Origin: Heptranchias perlo
Lineage: Eukaryota
Assembly: GCF_035084215.1 (NCBI RefSeq)
Contig: NC_090368.1
Coordinates: 1,054,001-1,118,000 of the forward strand
DNA length: 64,000 nucleotides
Reading direction: 5' to 3'
The notes below the pieces were generated by a model. It was given only the letters and a program-made list of their open reading frames with translations, was not told where the DNA came from and searched no databases. Positions 61,101 to 64,000 of this stretch are shown here, one piece after another; position 1 is the stretch's first letter; the number at the start of each line of letters is the position of its first letter. Both the position numbers and the translations under genes were made by a program.

Positions 61101-62870
61101 ATCCTCGGTCGGTGCTGTGTGACCCGATCCTCGGTCGGTGCTGTGTGACCCGATCCTCGGTCGGTGCTGTGTGACCCGATCCTCGGTCGGTGCTGTGTGA
61201 CCCGATCCTCGGTCGGTGCTGTGTGACCCGATCCTCGGCCGGTGCTGTGTGACCCGATCCTCGGCCGCTGCTGTGTGACCCGATCCTCGGCCCGTGCTGT
61301 GTGACCCGATCCTCGGCCCGTGCTGTGTGACCCGATCCTCGGCCCGTGCTGTGTGTCCCGATCCTCGGTCGGTGCTGTGTGACCCGATCCTCGGTCGGTG
61401 CTGTGTGACCCGATCCTCGGTCGGTGCTGTGTGACCCGATCCTCGGTCGGTGCTGTGTGACCCGATCCTCGGTCGGTGCTGTGTGACCCGATCCTCGGTC
61501 GGTGCTGTGTGACCCGATCCTCGGTCGGTGCTGTGTGACCCGATCCTCGGCCGGTGCTGTGTGACCCGATCCTCGGCCGGTGCTGTGTGACCCGATCCTC
61601 GGCCGGTGCTGTGTGACCCGATCCTCGGCCGGTGCTGTGTGACCCGATCCTCGGCCGGTGCTGTGTGACCCGATCCTCGGTCGGTGCTGTGTGACCCGAT
61701 CCTCGGCCCGTGCTGTGTGACCCGATCCTCGGTCGGTGCTGTGTGACCCGATCCTCGGCCGGTGCTGTGTGACCCGATCCTCGGCCGGTGCTGTGTGACC
61801 CGATCCTCGGCCGGTGCTGTGTGACCCGATCCTCGGCCGGTGCTGTGTGACCCGATCCTCGGCCGGTGCTGTGTGACCCGATCCTCGGCCGGTGCTGTGT
61901 GACCCGATCCTCGGCCGGTGCTGTGTGACCCGATCCTCGGCCGGTGCTGTGTGACCCGATCCTCGGCCGGTGCTGTGTGACCCGATCCTCGGCCGGTGCT
62001 GTGTGACCCGATCCTCGGCCGGTGCTGTGTGACCCGATCCTCGGCCGGTGCTGTGTGACCCGATCCTCGGCCGGTGCTGTGTGACCCGATCCTCGGCCGG
62101 TGCTGTGTGACCCGATCCTCGGCCGGTGCTGTGTGACCCGATCCTCGGCCGGTGCTGTGTGACCCGATCCTCGGCCGGTGCTGTGTGACCCGATCCTCGG
62201 CCGGTGCTGTGTGACCCGATCCTCGGCCGGTGCTGTGTGACCCGATCCTCGGCCGGTGCTGTGTGACCCGATCCTCGGCCGGTGCTGTGTGACCCGATCC
62301 TCGGCCGGTGCTGTGTGTCCCGATCCTCGGCCGGTGCTGTGTGTCCCGATCCTCGGCCGGTGCTGTGTGTCCCGATCCTCGGCCGGTGCTGTGTGTCCCG
62401 ATCCTCGGCCGGTGCTGTGTGACCCGATCCTCGGCCGGTGCTGTGTGACCCGATCCTCGGCCGGTGCTGTGTGACCCGATCCTCGGCCGGTGCTGTGTGA
62501 CCCGATCCTCGGCCGGTGCTGTGTGACCCGATCCTCGGCCGGTGCTGTGTGACCCGATCCTCGGCCCGTGCTGTGTGACCCGATCCTCGGCCCGTGCTGT
62601 GTGACCCGATCCTCGGCCCGTGCTGTGTGACCCGATCCTCGGCCGGTGCTGTGTGACCCGATCCTCGGCCGGTGCTGTGTGACCCGATCCTCGGCCGGTG
62701 CTGTGTGACCCGATCCTCGGCCGGTGCTGTGTGACCCGATCCTCGGTCCGTGCTGTGTGACCCGATCCTCGGCCGGTGCTGTGTGACCCGATCCTCGGCC
62801 GGTGCTGTGTGACCCGATCCTCGGTCCGTGCTGTGTGAGCCGATCCTCGGTCCGTGCTGTGTGTCCCGAT
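58173..62870. repeat. Satellite, 26-bp unit (GGTGCTGTGTGACCCGATCCTCGGTC), ~180 copies
   Basis: Tandem copies. Confidence 0.99.
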
Positions 62871-62962
62871 GTCAGTCTGTGCTGGTGGGAGAGACAGGAA
62901 ACTTTTTAAGAGGTCAGGTCAGATTCGAAATGAGTTGTTGGACCCGCAGGGCTGCACAGGCG

Positions 62963-64000
62963 GTGTGTTTATTCACAGACACTGTCCCTTATAATAAGTG
63001 TGTGTTTATTCACAGACACTGTACCTTATAACAAGTGTGTGTTTATTCACAGACACTGTACCTTATAATAAGTGTGTGATTATTCACAGACACTGTACCT
63101 TATAAGTGTGTGTTTATTCACAGACACTGTACCTTATAATGTGTGTGATTATTCACAGACACTGTACCTTATAATAAGTGTGTGATTATTCACAGACACT
63201 GTACCTTATAATAAGTGTGTGATTATTCACAGACACTGTACCTTATAATAAGTGTGTGATTATTCACAGACACTGTACCTTATAATAAGTGTGTGTTTAT
63301 TCACAGACACTGTACCTTATAATAAGTGTGTGATTATTCACAGACACTGTACCTTATAATAAGTGTGTGATTATTCACAGACACTGTACCTTATAATAAG
63401 TGTGTGATTATTCACAGACCCTGTACCTTATAATAAGTGTGTGTTTATTCACAGACACTGTACCTTATAATAAGTGTGTGTTTATTCAGACACTGTCCCT
63501 TATAATAAGTGTGTGATTATTCAGACCCTGTACCTTATAATAAGTGTGTGTTTATTCACAGACCCTGTACCTTATAATAAGTGTGTTTATCCACAGACAC
63601 TGTACCTTATAATAAGTGTGTGATTATTCAGACACTGTCCCTTATAATAAGTGTGTGATTATTCAGACACTGTACCTTATAATAAGTGTGTGTTTATTCA
63701 GACACTGTACCTTATAATAAGTGTGTGTTTATTCAGACACTGTCCCTTATAATAAGTGTGTGATTATTCACAGACACTGTACCTTATAATAAGTGTGTGT
63801 TTATTCAGACACTGTCCCTTATAATAAGTGTGTGATTATTCAGACACTGTACCTTATAATAAGTGTGTGTTTATTCAGACACTGTACCTTATAATAAGTG
63901 TGTGTTTATTCAGACACTGTCCCTTATAATAAGTGTGTGATTATTCAGACACTGTACCTTATAATAAGTGTGTGTTTATTCAGACACTGTACCTTATAAT
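62963..64000. repeat. AT-rich minisatellite, ~35-39 bp unit (GTGTGTGATTATTCACAGACACTGTACCTTATAATAA)
   Basis: Tandem copies running to the window end. Confidence 0.97.

Overview
Vertebrate genomic DNA, most likely from a cartilaginous fish (shark/ray). This is inferred from the Deu-domain SINE, CR1-type, L2-like and Penelope-like repeats. The window holds the conserved gene block JTB(-) / CREB3L4(-) / SLC39A1(+) / CRTC(2)(+). Exons were reconstructed by hand from GT-AG junctions and reading phase. JTB has three coding exons and runs off the left edge. CREB3L4 is complete (9 coding exons, ~474 aa), as is SLC39A1/ZIP1 (3 coding exons, 329 aa). Only exon 1 of CRTC2 is present. CREB3L4 and SLC39A1 share a divergent CpG-rich promoter at ~39.5-40.3 kb. 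More than half of the window is intronic mini/macrosatellite, including a 16.5-kb ~40-bp satellite with higher-order duplication. Several arrays appear to derive from SINE/LINE sequence. Nearly all long ORFs in the supplied track are artefacts of these repeats. The most notable observations are: a Deu-SINE-related satellite series, a structurally complete minimal hammerhead ribozyme in a Penelope-like insert nested in a LINE, a fold-back inverted duplication at that LINE's 5' junction, two possible signal peptides in one JTB exon, and four ZNF143/THAP11 motifs in the CRTC2 promoter. I found no evidence for a wholly new protein-coding system.
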